Source: Candidatus Cloacimonadales bacterium (GTDB lineage: Bacteria; Cloacimonadota; Cloacimonadia; Cloacimonadales; JAFGVF01). Taken from it: 64,000 bases of DNA. Position numbers and translations under genes: made by a program. The stretch is from positions 2,528,001 to 2,592,000 of the forward strand of contig OY762964.1 of NCBI GenBank assembly GCA_963667035.1, given 5' to 3'. Below the pieces are notes generated by a model that was not told the origin of the DNA, made no database searches, and saw only the letters and a program-made list of their open reading frames with translations. Below, in pieces: positions 34,418-44,755 of this stretch. How positions within the stretch are numbered: position 1 is the stretch's first letter; each line of letters opens with the position of its first letter.

Positions 34418-37400
34418 CTATTTCATCAGAATCATTTTTCTTGATCTTGTGTAAGTGCCTGAGTGCATCTTGTAGAAGTATACACCACTAGATACTTGAG
34501 TTCCATTGGAATCCTTACCATCCCATACGATTGAGTGACGACCGGCATTGTAATCTCCATCTGTAACTCTTGCTACTCTCTGACCCTTTATGTTATATAT
34601 GTCGATTGTAACCAATGCATTATCTTTGAGATCAAAACTGATTGTTGTCTCAGGATTGAATGGGTTTGGATAGTTACCGCAAAGTGATGTTCTGTCGGGC
34701 ATTACTACAGGATTCTCGCCTCCGAGTACGGCACCATCATTCATTATCTGTATATCATCAATCATCATGAAGAAAGTTTGTTCGGATACACAGTTAAAAG
34801 CAATTCGAATTAACTCTTCTTGATAATCACTCAAATCGATCTCAAAGTTTGTCCATTCAAGAGGTAAATCAAGAGGGTTATCTCCTGAAATAACTGTGAA
34901 GTCTGATGGGTTTGTACTACCTGAAGAAACAAGTACTTTTAGTTGTTCAGGACCAAATTGTGTTGTGTATGAACGAGCCTTAAAGGATAATGTCGCAACT
35001 TCATTGGACATCTGAATCTTAGGTGTAATCATCCAGTCATCATTTGAACCTGAATCTGCTGAAAAACATGCTCCATACCTATCTCCACTATAAGCATCGG
35101 CAAATTGAAGTGGTGGCACGGTTCCACTTGGATTGAAAACAATAAATGACATTGGATCCGTTTCTCCAGGGAAATTTATCCCATTGGTGAATCCAAATGT
35201 ATCTTCTCCATCTACATCGAGAAGAGTCCAATACTGCATTTCAGTCGCAAAGTCTTCATAACCTTCAAAATCTTCGGCGATTACTGGTGGATCGACTCCT
35301 ATGAAAGTAACCATGATTGAATCACATGCAGGTGACTCTCCGGTAGGACCACTATAAAGAGCTGTTACCTTATATTCATAAGTCTGATTGAGTACAACAT
35401 CCTGATCAAGATAGAAATAAGTTGGTACAGTCTCAGAATTGATTACGACATCATCTCTATATACATTGTAACCGACAAGATCTCTTGTTGCTATTGAAGG
35501 ACCTGTCCAAGAAAGTTCTACTCCTTGATATGTTATATTATAATCAAGAGATGTAGGAGGATCAAATCCTACTGGTGGTTCATGATTGTCTGTTGTTACA
35601 AAAAGAGCATAATCTCCTGTTGCCCAACGACTGGTTCTACCATTTTTCTTAACTGCTCTTTCGGATACAGGAACATTATCAAATCTCGATATTCTAAGAT
35701 AATAGAAACCGGACTCTGTGATATCTGCATCAATATAAGGATTCATGCTATCTGACCAACTGTCATCATCAAAAGCAAAAGAAGCAAATTCATCAACATT
35801 TGCCCCCAAATCGTTATAAGGTCCATATAAGAAAGCTGTTAAATCTATTGTAGATCCTTCAATATTCTCTGTATGAATCTCAAGGTTAGCAGGAGCTGCC
35901 TGCCAGAATACATACCAGTCAACATCTGCTTCCGGTTCTATTACTGCTACATAGTCAACACAATCTAGTGTTATCTCGATTGCATCATCTGAGCTCTCAT
36001 TATTGTCTGCCGTGTAAGCATAACCATGTAATGGAATCTCATGAATTTCTCTATCCTCTGTTACATTATCGACTATTGTCAACATTGCTTGTTTATGTCC
36101 TTCGGAAGTTGGAGCGAAATAGATGTCGAAGTCAACTTCTCCGAATTGTGGAATGTTGATTGGATAGGTATTATCATCAGATAATGAGAACTGATCAGCA
36201 TTATCTCCACCTAAAACTATAGCCGGATCAATAACTGCATCTTGGTTGCCAAAGTTAGCAATTCTAATATTATAAGCAACAGAAGTTGAACCAACGTTTT
36301 CAACGCCAAAGTCAACATTAAGAGCACTGATTATAACATAGGGTCCATCACTTGGTGGAATCATAAAGAATCTAGTATTAGGAATTACCGAACTAACTGT
36401 TCCTGTTGGTGGTGCGTTAGGGTCAGGATTCGTTGTGTCGTCGTAGTAATAAATACTTCTTAAATCTGACACAGTTGTACAATAAAATTCTTCATCACTA
36501 TCGCCATAACCACTCATATTCTCTTCAACAGCTATAACAAGATTAGACATTCCGTCATAGAAGAACATGTTATCTAGTGGAAAGTCTATCCAACCTGCCC
36601 CTGCAGGTGGATTAATAGTACCATTATAAACCATTGTTAGCTCATTGTATGGTACCCAATCTGCATTATTTTCGAAACTATCCTGATTTGTTTGTCCTAT
36701 ATAAATAACCCATTCTGTACTGTTAGTAAGAATACCGTTTCCATTGTAATTATATGCTATAGAGTTTATGAAACCTGCTGATTCCATTTCTTCAGCTGTG
36801 TAGATGGACTGAGAATATGTATAACCATAGTATGGTTCGATAGGTAAATGTTGATTAACTTCAGCTCCATCACCAACGATTACCATTCCTTCAGGTCTCG
36901 TAATAAAAGACCATACCGGACAATTTACTGCATCACCAACATAGTTGTATGGTATTATTTGCCAATAGTGTATAGTTTCAAAGTCAAGCATATCTGTAAC
37001 ACTGTAGGTTGTTGTAAATCCGGTATCAGTTCCGTTAACTACATTGGTCGGAGGGTTATCTGTTCCCATGTAAACTCTATATCCATCCGGGTAATTACCT
37101 CCATCAGCCCACTCAAGTATTGGTGTAATACTTTGATTAATTGACTCATTTAAAGGAGAAACCACATTTGCAGAATTAGGTATGTCGTTAAATGTTGTAA
37201 ATGACCAAATAGGGCAATTTACTGCATTTCCAACCGCATTGTAAGGTGTAATCTGCCAATAATAAACACTACCCGCCACCAGACCTGAATAATCGAAACT
37301 ATTTTCATTACCAGCATTAATCATGTTATAGGTATCCGTTGGAGGATTATCAGTTCCAATACTAACATAGTAACCTGTAGCTCCAGGAACCGGGTTCCAT

Positions 37401-39574
37401 TCCAGTAAACCTGTCATAGGTATATCAGAAACAGCATCTTCCGGGAAAACTAAGTTAGTAGGAACAGGAACATTATTATTATCCCATATAGCAACATCAT
37501 CAATTGCAACATCACCAGTCCAAGAAGGACCACCCAGATAACGGAATCTTAACTTAACAATACCAGTAAAACTACTTAAATCAACATCTGCACTTAACCA
37601 ATCCATACCTTGATCATCTGAGAGAGCAGGTCTTACATCTTCATTCCACTGAGTACCATCCCATATATCAAAATGCAATTCGCCACAATCTACTCCATAA
37701 AGGGTATACCAGAAAGATAATAATGGGTTAGTAACACTTGTCAAATCAAACGGAGGAGTAAGCAAATCAAATCTATTACCATCTACACCATCCGATTGAG
37801 CTCTTGCAAAGTAACCACCGTTGCCTGTATGATCTCCATTTTGTGGTCCTGTCTCCCAATTAACAAAACTATTAAAACTCCACTCACCATTATCCTCGGA
37901 ACCTTGTACCCAACCAATTGGGATAGCTTCTTCAAGGTCAAAATCCTGAATATATGGGTAGTTAATTATAGTCTGATTAAAACCTTCACCCGTTAGGTTA
38001 ATAGGATAGGTATTGTTTTGATTGTCAGTAATAGTTACGATAGAAGATAGTTGACCTGAGCTAATTGGTGTAAAGCTAACTTCAAAAGTAGCTCTTTGAG
38101 TTGAAGCTATCGTAAGGGGATAAGTATTATTATCTGCTAAAGAAAAGTCTATAGTATTATCCATTGTCAACGATTGGATAACTAAGTCGGAAAGCCCTGC
38201 ATTTACCATAGTAAATAAAACAGGTTCAGAACTAGTAGTAGTATACTGAATAGTATACTCATAATTCTCAGGATAGTATGATAGCTCAGCATTAGGATTA
38301 ATATCTCCCATAGAAAGTCTCATATTGGGTATAAAACTTATAACCTCAGCGGCATCTGGTGGAGTAGAAGGATCTGGATTCGTCGAATCATCATAGAAAT
38401 ACAAACTTCTTGGACTACCTGTGGCAGCACAATAAAAATCTTCATTGTCACTGGATGAGTATTCCGGTTGATTTTCTTCTACTGCTATAACGAGATTATC
38501 AACATTATTATACACAAAAGGTGTCTGTAAATCAAATTCTATCCAACCATCAGCCCCAATAGTTGGTAATGGTCCATTATAAACTTCCATAAACTGAGAA
38601 ATTGGAATCCAATCTGTAATTGAACTAAAGGATGAGTTAGTTGTATACCCCATATAAATAATCCATTCATTACAGTTATTTAATGTCCCGGCTTCATTGA
38701 ATTGGTAGTATATCTTTTCAATTCTTTGATTTTGAACATTTATCTCTGATTGTAGCACTATAGATTGGGTATAACTATATCCATACCATGGTTCTAATGG
38801 TAAATGCTTATCAATCTCTGTTCCATTACTTACTTGTATTATACCAGCTTCCAGTTCTGTACAGAATGCTCCGGTTACTGAATTGTCATAAGGGCTTATA
38901 CTATTTTTTGCAGTAATTTTCCAGTAATATGATGAGTTAAAGTTTAGTACTCCCGGGTCATATGTCTCACTAGGACCGGAAATGGTTTGATTTTCTATAA
39001 CAGGCACATCTGGAAGAGAACCTTCACCAAAGTAAAAATCGTAGGTTTCGGTGTTAACTCCCCAATCCCAAGATATAGTTGTTCCGTTTACAAGTACCCC
39101 AAGAGCACCTGATTCAGGTACTATGCTATTAGGAGCTCCTGGCATATTGGGATCATTAGGAGTACTTCCGGTCAAACTTACCATGTAAGTTCCAATTGAA
39201 GTATCAGAAAATCCTCTTAAGTTAAAGTAATGCCAGCCTGTACTTGTAATTGAGTAAATTATCTCTGATTGAGCAGTATTTTGTGCATCATCGTTAGATG
39301 CCAATTCATTTGTCCCTGTTGAATCATAGAGATGCAAATACGTATCAAAAGAAGTTGAAGCATTAACACAGTTAATATTGATGCTATCTCCAGTTACTGC
39401 CCAGAATTTCCAGTAATCATGATCGTTGGAAGTAATCTCTCCAGTATGATTACCATCAACAACGGTTAACACACCTGTAGCGACGAATGAGTTGTTTGGT
39501 TCTGTCTCGACATCAGCCATAAGACAGGTAACGGATAAAATCAGAATCACAATTGAAAGCAACATCCTTTTCAT
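34418..39574 (-). CDS. Large secreted multidomain adhesin-like protein (PPC, Fn3-like, Ig/ASH, MAM, cleaved-adhesin-like, FlgD-Ig CTD)
   Basis: Signal peptide from ATG 39574. Duplicated HLP(L/I)EP(W/Y)YGY(S/T)Y(T/S)QSI module, MAM-like DHTGNGGYF..GDVAIDDV, NDDWMITP, tail NYPNPFNPETTI..KMILMK. Confidence 0.85.
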   Translation of the reverse strand: MKRMLLSIVILILSVTCLMADVETEPNNSFVATGVLTVVDGNHTGEITSNDHDYWKFWAVTGDSININCVNASTSFDTYLHLYDSTGTNELASNDDAQNTAQSEIIYSITSTGWHYFNLRGFSDTSIGTYMVSLTGSTPNDPNMPGAPNSIVPESGALGVLVNGTTISWDWGVNTETYDFYFGEGSLPDVPVIENQTISGPSETYDPGVLNFNSSYYWKITAKNSISPYDNSVTGAFCTELEAGIIQVSNGTEIDKHLPLEPWYGYSYTQSIVLQSEINVQNQRIEKIYYQFNEAGTLNNCNEWIIYMGYTTNSSFSSITDWIPISQFMEVYNGPLPTIGADGWIEFDLQTPFVYNNVDNLVIAVEENQPEYSSSDNEDFYCAATGSPRSLYFYDDSTNPDPSTPPDAAEVISFIPNMRLSMGDINPNAELSYYPENYEYTIQYTTTSSEPVLFTMVNAGLSDLVIQSLTMDNTIDFSLADNNTYPLTIASTQRATFEVSFTPISSGQLSSIVTITDNQNNTYPINLTGEGFNQTIINYPYIQDFDLEEAIPIGWVQGSEDNGEWSFNSFVNWETGPQNGDHTGNGGYFARAQSDGVDGNRFDLLTPPFDLTSVTNPLLSFWYTLYGVDCGELHFDIWDGTQWNEDVRPALSDDQGMDWLSADVDLSSFTGIVKLRFRYLGGPSWTGDVAIDDVAIWDNNNVPVPTNLVFPEDAVSDIPMTGLLEWNPVPGATGYYVSIGTDNPPTDTYNMINAGNENSFDYSGLVAGSVYYWQITPYNAVGNAVNCPIWSFTTFNDIPNSANVVSPLNESINQSITPILEWADGGNYPDGYRVYMGTDNPPTNVVNGTDTGFTTTYSVTDMLDFETIHYWQIIPYNYVGDAVNCPVWSFITRPEGMVIVGDGAEVNQHLPIEPYYGYTYSQSIYTAEEMESAGFINSIAYNYNGNGILTNSTEWVIYIGQTNQDSFENNADWVPYNELTMVYNGTINPPAGAGWIDFPLDNMFFYDGMSNLVIAVEENMSGYGDSDEEFYCTTVSDLRSIYYYDDTTNPDPNAPPTGTVSSVIPNTRFFMIPPSDGPYVIISALNVDFGVENVGSTSVAYNIRIANFGNQDAVIDPAIVLGGDNADQFSLSDDNTYPINIPQFGEVDFDIYFAPTSEGHKQAMLTIVDNVTEDREIHEIPLHGYAYTADNNESSDDAIEITLDCVDYVAVIEPEADVDWYVFWQAAPANLEIHTENIEGSTIDLTAFLYGPYNDLGANVDEFASFAFDDDSWSDSMNPYIDADITESGFYYLRISRFDNVPVSERAVKKNGRTSRWATGDYALFVTTDNHEPPVGFDPPTSLDYNITYQGVELSWTGPSIATRDLVGYNVYRDDVVINSETVPTYFYLDQDVVLNQTYEYKVTALYSGPTGESPACDSIMVTFIGVDPPVIAEDFEGYEDFATEMQYWTLLDVDGEDTFGFTNGINFPGETDPMSFIVFNPSGTVPPLQFADAYSGDRYGACFSADSGSNDDWMITPKIQMSNEVATLSFKARSYTTQFGPEQLKVLVSSGSTNPSDFTVISGDNPLDLPLEWTNFEIDLSDYQEELIRIAFNCVSEQTFFMMIDDIQIMNDGAVLGGENPVVMPDRTSLCGNYPNPFNPETTISFDLKDNALVTIDIYNIKGQRVARVTDGDYNAGRHSIVWDGKDSNGTQVSSGVYFYKMHSGTYTRSRKMILMK

Positions 39575-39694
39575 ACTTTTCTCCCTTGTTGCTTGAATTA
39601 TTTTTTTTAAAGCAATGTTGAAAAGCTTTAACCCCTGAATATTATCCATAATATTAACTCCAAAATAATAATGTCAAATGCTTTCTATGTTAAT

Positions 39695-40948
39695 TTATTT
39701 TTTGTAATTTGGAGTCCAGTTTAACTCTGGTTTTACCTGTCTTGAGTTCCAAAGATATTTTTCGATTCTCTCCCTTAATAAGCCATCAATCTCTTTCTTA
39801 ACAGGATATATTGATGCAGTAAGTATTCTTTGCATCAGAATGAAAGAAGTTTCAACATAGTAGTTAAGACCTTGTGCAGTACAATGTTTTGCCACATCAT
39901 TTTCAGTATGAATATGGAATGTTCCTTTACCTCCGAATCTTGCAATGTTTATGGAAGGTATCTCGTACACTGAGAAAGGAATTCCGTCACTGCTGTATAT
40001 ATCAAGTCTTTCATTAAAGAGATACCCGTTCTCTTTCATCATCCCATTTGCATAACCCATTAATTGTTGAGTTCCTATCACTGCCATCATATCCGTTCCA
40101 AGTACATCACCGGCAACATCAACATTAAGAACTAAACCGGCTCTTTCTTGAATCTCTTCTTTATGTGCTTCAACATAAGCTGATGATCCAAGTAAACCTA
40201 GTTCCTCACCCGAGAAGAAGCAAACCTTAAGCTCTCTCTGTAAGTTAAGTTTATGTAGCTTTTCTGCAGTCCTAAGTATACATACTGAACCTCCGGCATT
40301 ATCAGTAGATCCATGAGATCTTGCAACAGTGTCATAATGAGCAACCATATAGGTTAAGGTATTATCAGCGACCGACTTACCTATGGTAGCAATAATATTA
40401 TAGGCTGTTCTCTCTTCACAGCTCTGCTCAATTGTCATTTTTATTTGAGAACCAGACTTACCGATCAATTTCTCAGCAGTATTATATGTAACTGTCACAG
40501 CCGGAACTGACCCATCAATTTTGCTTTGCTGCCTATAGGAAAGTGAAGTCTCTGTTCTATATGGAGGAGATACTCTTATCATTCCGGCAACATTTTCTTC
40601 CTTCATTGCAAGCATAGCATTTCTTGTTATATTACTTGCCAGTATTATTTTACCACTCCAAATTCCTTTATTATAGATAATCTCATCAGCATTGCGAACA
40701 AAGCACAGCTCACCCTCAAAGCTTCCTGAATCAGACAATCCGAAAGGCATTGCACTGTATTCTTTATCATCTATTTTCAAAGTTGCTTTACCTGAATCAA
40801 AACTCCATAAACTGAATGGCTCTTCTACATAGGGGATTCCTGCTTCATCAAGATATTTTTTGATAATATTTCTTGCTTTCTCTTCATTTTCAGATCCTGC
40901 TAATCTTTCAAAATCAAGCTCTTTTAAGACTTGTAGTGGTTTAATCAT
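39695..40948 (-). CDS. M28 family metallopeptidase with PA-like insert
   Basis: AHYDT, GSTDNAGG, FSGEELGLLGS, SSD, HTEND motifs. Confidence 0.88.
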   Translation of the reverse strand: MIKPLQVLKELDFERLAGSENEEKARNIIKKYLDEAGIPYVEEPFSLWSFDSGKATLKIDDKEYSAMPFGLSDSGSFEGELCFVRNADEIIYNKGIWSGKIILASNITRNAMLAMKEENVAGMIRVSPPYRTETSLSYRQQSKIDGSVPAVTVTYNTAEKLIGKSGSQIKMTIEQSCEERTAYNIIATIGKSVADNTLTYMVAHYDTVARSHGSTDNAGGSVCILRTAEKLHKLNLQRELKVCFFSGEELGLLGSSAYVEAHKEEIQERAGLVLNVDVAGDVLGTDMMAVIGTQQLMGYANGMMKENGYLFNERLDIYSSDGIPFSVYEIPSINIARFGGKGTFHIHTENDVAKHCTAQGLNYYVETSFILMQRILTASIYPVKKEIDGLLRERIEKYLWNSRQVKPELNWTPNYKK

Positions 40949-41069
40949 TTTCGTCTCCTAATTATGGTGATATTAGTAAAAAATGTAGATGTTAAGTTTG
41001 AGCAAGATATTTTTTAGGTAGGGTTAATTTTGTGTAAAAGTACTGTTATAATCAGTATTCATAGATTAG

Positions 41070-41291
41070 TTATCCACAATTATCCACATTATCGACACAT
41101 TTCTATCCACACCCGTATTTGCCTACATATTAGCAAGTTACACTTGTAGACCATATAATGAGCATAAGTTATCCACATCAAACGTGCATTTATCCACATC
41201 AAATATTCTTGGATTATTTTACAAAACTCAGTTTAACCCTCTTAAATAGATTATTGCCACGAATTGTTAAGAAATAATTACCTGTGGATAA
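41070..41291. promoter_or_regulatory. DnaA-box cluster (oriC or DnaA-titration locus candidate)
   Basis: TTATCCACA at 41070, 41080, 41169 and 41190; one-mismatch boxes at 41089 (TTATCGACA) and 41103 (CTATCCACA); inverted TGTGGATAA at 41283. Confidence 0.75.
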
Positions 41292-42893
41292 TTGAGCTTT
41301 TGTTATTTCTTCCAATGGAATTATTATTTCCCCTTGTTTCAAATTCGAATACTTTTTCTTACAAATCCTGTTACCTGAAATGTCAAATAAAGCAATTTCC
41401 ACATAGCTTGAATCATCAGTTAAGTACACCCTTAGTTTGCTTTCTAATAAAGATGTTACCGGATTAGGAAATACATAAGCTCCGCTTAAAGAAAAGTCAT
41501 ATCTTTTAATTTCTGACTCTAATCTGAGCTCCGGAACTACTGCTTTAATTTCTACAAATCCCTCCCCCATTGTTCTTATATGGGCATTAACATCTTCTGT
41601 TTTAATAGATTTAAAAGCAATATTATCAGAATTATAGACATCGATATGATATATAACCTTACTGGGATAAGGAACAGGGTCCCAAGACAACATCAACGAT
41701 GAGGAGTTTGTTCTTACAACAGGATTAGGGATTCTTAGGTTAATGTATTCCGGAGCATAGTAGCTGTTTAAGATCTTTCCCCAATGTGTTAATCTTTCAA
41801 ATTGTAGATTATAGTATCTTCCGTAGCTACTCTGAAGGTAACCTCTATAATCGGGAAACCAAATTATTCCGGTTCCCACATTGGGACTTTCCAATGTGGA
41901 AGAGTAAGCAATGAACGCATTCTCTACAGCTTCCAATAAACTGCTCTTTCCTATATCATTTAATCTCATTGCTAACTCTTTGATATCAACATCCATTGAC
42001 CTTGTATTAAAAACTCGCAGATCATCTCTGATGTTTATCCAATCTTCAGAATCAATTGTTTCATCTTCTACTAGCTCTTTAATACTATTGATGATTCCCG
42101 TTTCGAAATTATCACTCTTTACAACCGAACAAGTTACTTCAGGTGTATAACTATTAGGATTCTGACTACCCCCTGCCAAATATGAGTCTACATAGATTGT
42201 CGGTATTGCTTTCACAAATTCTTCAAAATCAGGAAAACTATCCCAAGCTGTAAAAAGGTCATCATAAGGCATTCCGTCAGCAGGTACATCATGAATAGAA
42301 CCAACTATGTAGTCAGCCTGCTCAAAAACTTCAGTTATTACTTCCACAGTCTGCATGTTACATGCATCCAGAACTAATAAATCAAGTTTTGGTATCTCTT
42401 CAAAGGTCTTTCTTAAATCTCCCTTAGAAACGTAAAACTTACTTTCTGACTCATCATCAGGACAAATGTACTTTGATTTGTAATAATCAAGTTCATCCCA
42501 TCCTTCCCCATGTGACCAGATAAAAACAGCTTTATGCTCTGCCGGATATCTGTCGAAACCCCACTCCATGAAATCAGCCAAGGTTCGCCAATCACCTGAA
42601 TCTATCTCTCCCAAACTTCTAATAACTCTTGAATTAATCCCTTCTTCTTCATCATGAATGATCTGGTATCTGAAAGCTCTATCATCTCCAAAATCATAAT
42701 CAGCAAAATCAGCCTGCACAATAACATTAATATTGTCAGGTATAAGAGCTCTCTCCATTTCATCAATGTCAGCTCTTGCAGCTTCAGTTAATCCGTTATC
42801 AGCAGCCATATAGACAAGAATTGTCCAATCAGCTTCTGCAAACAGAATTAATACAGCTAGAAACAGTAGAATTATCGTTAATTTTTTTATCAT
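41214..42893 (-). CDS. Clostripain-family (C11) cysteine peptidase with T9SS-like CTD
   Basis: WTILVYMAADNGL, WSHGEGW (His), LDACNM (Cys); tail YVFPNP..KLSFVK. Confidence 0.88.
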   Translation of the reverse strand: MIKKLTIILLFLAVLILFAEADWTILVYMAADNGLTEAARADIDEMERALIPDNINVIVQADFADYDFGDDRAFRYQIIHDEEEGINSRVIRSLGEIDSGDWRTLADFMEWGFDRYPAEHKAVFIWSHGEGWDELDYYKSKYICPDDESESKFYVSKGDLRKTFEEIPKLDLLVLDACNMQTVEVITEVFEQADYIVGSIHDVPADGMPYDDLFTAWDSFPDFEEFVKAIPTIYVDSYLAGGSQNPNSYTPEVTCSVVKSDNFETGIINSIKELVEDETIDSEDWINIRDDLRVFNTRSMDVDIKELAMRLNDIGKSSLLEAVENAFIAYSSTLESPNVGTGIIWFPDYRGYLQSSYGRYYNLQFERLTHWGKILNSYYAPEYINLRIPNPVVRTNSSSLMLSWDPVPYPSKVIYHIDVYNSDNIAFKSIKTEDVNAHIRTMGEGFVEIKAVVPELRLESEIKRYDFSLSGAYVFPNPVTSLLESKLRVYLTDDSSYVEIALFDISGNRICKKKYSNLKQGEIIIPLEEITKAQLSTGNYFLTIRGNNLFKRVKLSFVK

Positions 42894-42950
42894 CTTCAGG
42901 TAAAGTAAAAGGGTGCTAACGCACCCCTTAAACTATTTATTATAGAACGA

Positions 42951-44030
42951 TTACTCGCCGTAAATACCGGCTTCTTCTTCGCCTTTAAGAACTCGAACTG
43001 CACCTTGACTAAGAGCTTCCATCTCTTTTTCACCCGGGAAGAGATAGAAAGGAGCTAGGAATCCTGCTCTTTTCTTTATATTTTCAACTGTAAGCTCGTT
43101 ATAAACAAGACCACCGGTTAAGAAAATAGCGTCTATTTTGCCTTCAAGAACAGCAGCACAAGCACCAATCTCTTTTGCAACTTGATAACACATTGCGTCA
43201 AAGACAAGCTCAGCTTTTTTATCTCCGCTTTTGATTCTCTCAGCAATTTCAATGCCGCTATCTGTACCAAGATAAGCCATAAGTCCACCCTGCTTTGCAA
43301 GATAGCCTGTTAACTCTTTCTTTGTATATTCTCCGGAGTAAGCCATATCAAGTAAATCACCTATAGGAAGAGCTCCGGCTCTCTGTGGAGAGAAAGGTCC
43401 CATTCCGAGTAAAGCGTTATTTACATCAACTACTTTACCGTTCTTGATTGCTGCAACTGAAATACCTCCGCCCATGTGAACGCCTATCATGTTAGCTTCG
43501 CCAAATGGTTTTCCTAACTCTTCGGCAAGAAGTCTCACAATGTAACGAATATTCAATGCATGAAATAAAGACTGTCTTTCTATCTCAGGGATACCTGAGA
43601 TACGAGCAATCTCATCAAATTCATCAACCACAACTGGATCAACTATAAAAGAAGGGATTTCCAATTCCTTTGCAATTGAATCTGCAATATAAGCACCTAG
43701 ATTAGAAGCATGCACACGACCCCAATTAGTAGGATCTTTTAAGTGATCAAGCATAAGCTGATTAACAGAATAAGTACCACCTCTGAGTTTGTTCATCAGT
43801 CCACCGCGACCAACAACTGCTACAAGAGATTCAGGAGTTACGTTGTTCTCTTCCATTGCTTCGAGAACAAGCTTCTTTCTATAATCATACTGTTCGATTA
43901 TTCCACCAAACTTATCCAGTTCAACCGGGTCATGGCGTAATGTCTTCGTGAAAACAGGGGTTTTATCATCGTAAACAGCGATTTTAGTTGATGTAGAACC
44001 GGGATTAATTGCTAATACTCGGTAGTTCAT
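42951..44030 (-). CDS. buk: Butyrate kinase
   Basis: INPGSTSTK, VGRGG, HASNLG, FHALN, HMGGGISV, PGEKEMEAL. Confidence 0.96.
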   Translation of the reverse strand: MNYRVLAINPGSTSTKIAVYDDKTPVFTKTLRHDPVELDKFGGIIEQYDYRKKLVLEAMEENNVTPESLVAVVGRGGLMNKLRGGTYSVNQLMLDHLKDPTNWGRVHASNLGAYIADSIAKELEIPSFIVDPVVVDEFDEIARISGIPEIERQSLFHALNIRYIVRLLAEELGKPFGEANMIGVHMGGGISVAAIKNGKVVDVNNALLGMGPFSPQRAGALPIGDLLDMAYSGEYTKKELTGYLAKQGGLMAYLGTDSGIEIAERIKSGDKKAELVFDAMCYQVAKEIGACAAVLEGKIDAIFLTGGLVYNELTVENIKKRAGFLAPFYLFPGEKEMEALSQGAVRVLKGEEEAGIYGE

Positions 44031-44343
44031 TCAATTCCTCCATTCATTTTTATTGATTTTTGCCAAGTTAGAAAATTACCTTACGAAGGTCAATAATTTT
44101 ATCTTTATCGGACAAACACTGAATAATCACCTCTGTTATTTTGAGAATATTGTACTATTCTAAAGTACATATTCATTTTTTATCTCATCAATTATCAAGT
44201 AGTTAAGTGAATATGAACTTTCTAATTTACGAGTCGTGATAACTTGATGATATACAGATTTAGAGGATGGGTAATGGAAATTGCCGATAGCTTTAAAAGA
44301 GTTAAGCCTATCGATAAACACCGATAGGCTTTTTGTTATTACT

Positions 44344-44517
44344 CTATGCTTTTCTGAAAGCAGGACATGTTCTAATACATTTCCCGCAATCAATGCACTT
44401 ATCCTGATCTATAGTAGGTGCATTAAATCCGTTTTGCTTTATAGCATTAACCGGACATATCCTTTTTGTAGGACAAAAGTGATTCTGTGGGCAGAATTCT
44501 TTAATCACTTTAATCAT
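44344..44517 (-). CDS. Small 4Fe-4S ferredoxin-like protein
   Basis: CPQNHFCP..CPVNA and CIDCGKCIRTCP; ATG 44517 after AGGAG. Confidence 0.85.
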   Translation of the reverse strand: MIKVIKEFCPQNHFCPTKRICPVNAIKQNGFNAPTIDQDKCIDCGKCIRTCPAFRKA

Positions 44518-44746
44518 CGCTATTCTCCTTATTTTCTTGAACGTTTTGTAACAGCATGTTAGCAAAACTTTCAAGTTTATCAGCTTTTATAATAGTAATA
44601 CCTTTGTTTTTATCACCAAGAACTATCAGAGAGTCACCTGCCTGAATATTGAAATAATCTCTGGCTTTTTTAGGAATGACTATCTGTCCTCTTTCTCCAA
44701 CTTTAACTGTTCCACAAATACAAGCTCCATCTTTGAATTCTATCAT
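44510..44746 (-). CDS. AbrB/MazE/SpoVT family DNA-binding protein
   Basis: GTVKVGERGQIVIPKKARDYFNIQAGD. Confidence 0.9.
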   Translation of the reverse strand: MIEFKDGACICGTVKVGERGQIVIPKKARDYFNIQAGDSLIVLGDKNKGITIIKADKLESFANMLLQNVQENKENSDD

Positions 44747-44755
44747 GATTACCTC

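Noticed and set aside
41070..41198. Short repeats as a CRISPR array or iterons
   Set aside because: Units are 9 bp with irregular spacing and match the DnaA box; no cas or rep gene nearby.
44160..44393. 77-aa minus-strand ORF
   Set aside because: It overlaps the ferredoxin end, runs through a terminator-like hairpin at about 44305-44332 and has no recognisable motifs.
44510..44746. MazE-type antitoxin of a toxin-antitoxin pair
   Set aside because: The neighbours are a ferredoxin and a flavoprotein; no toxin gene is adjacent.
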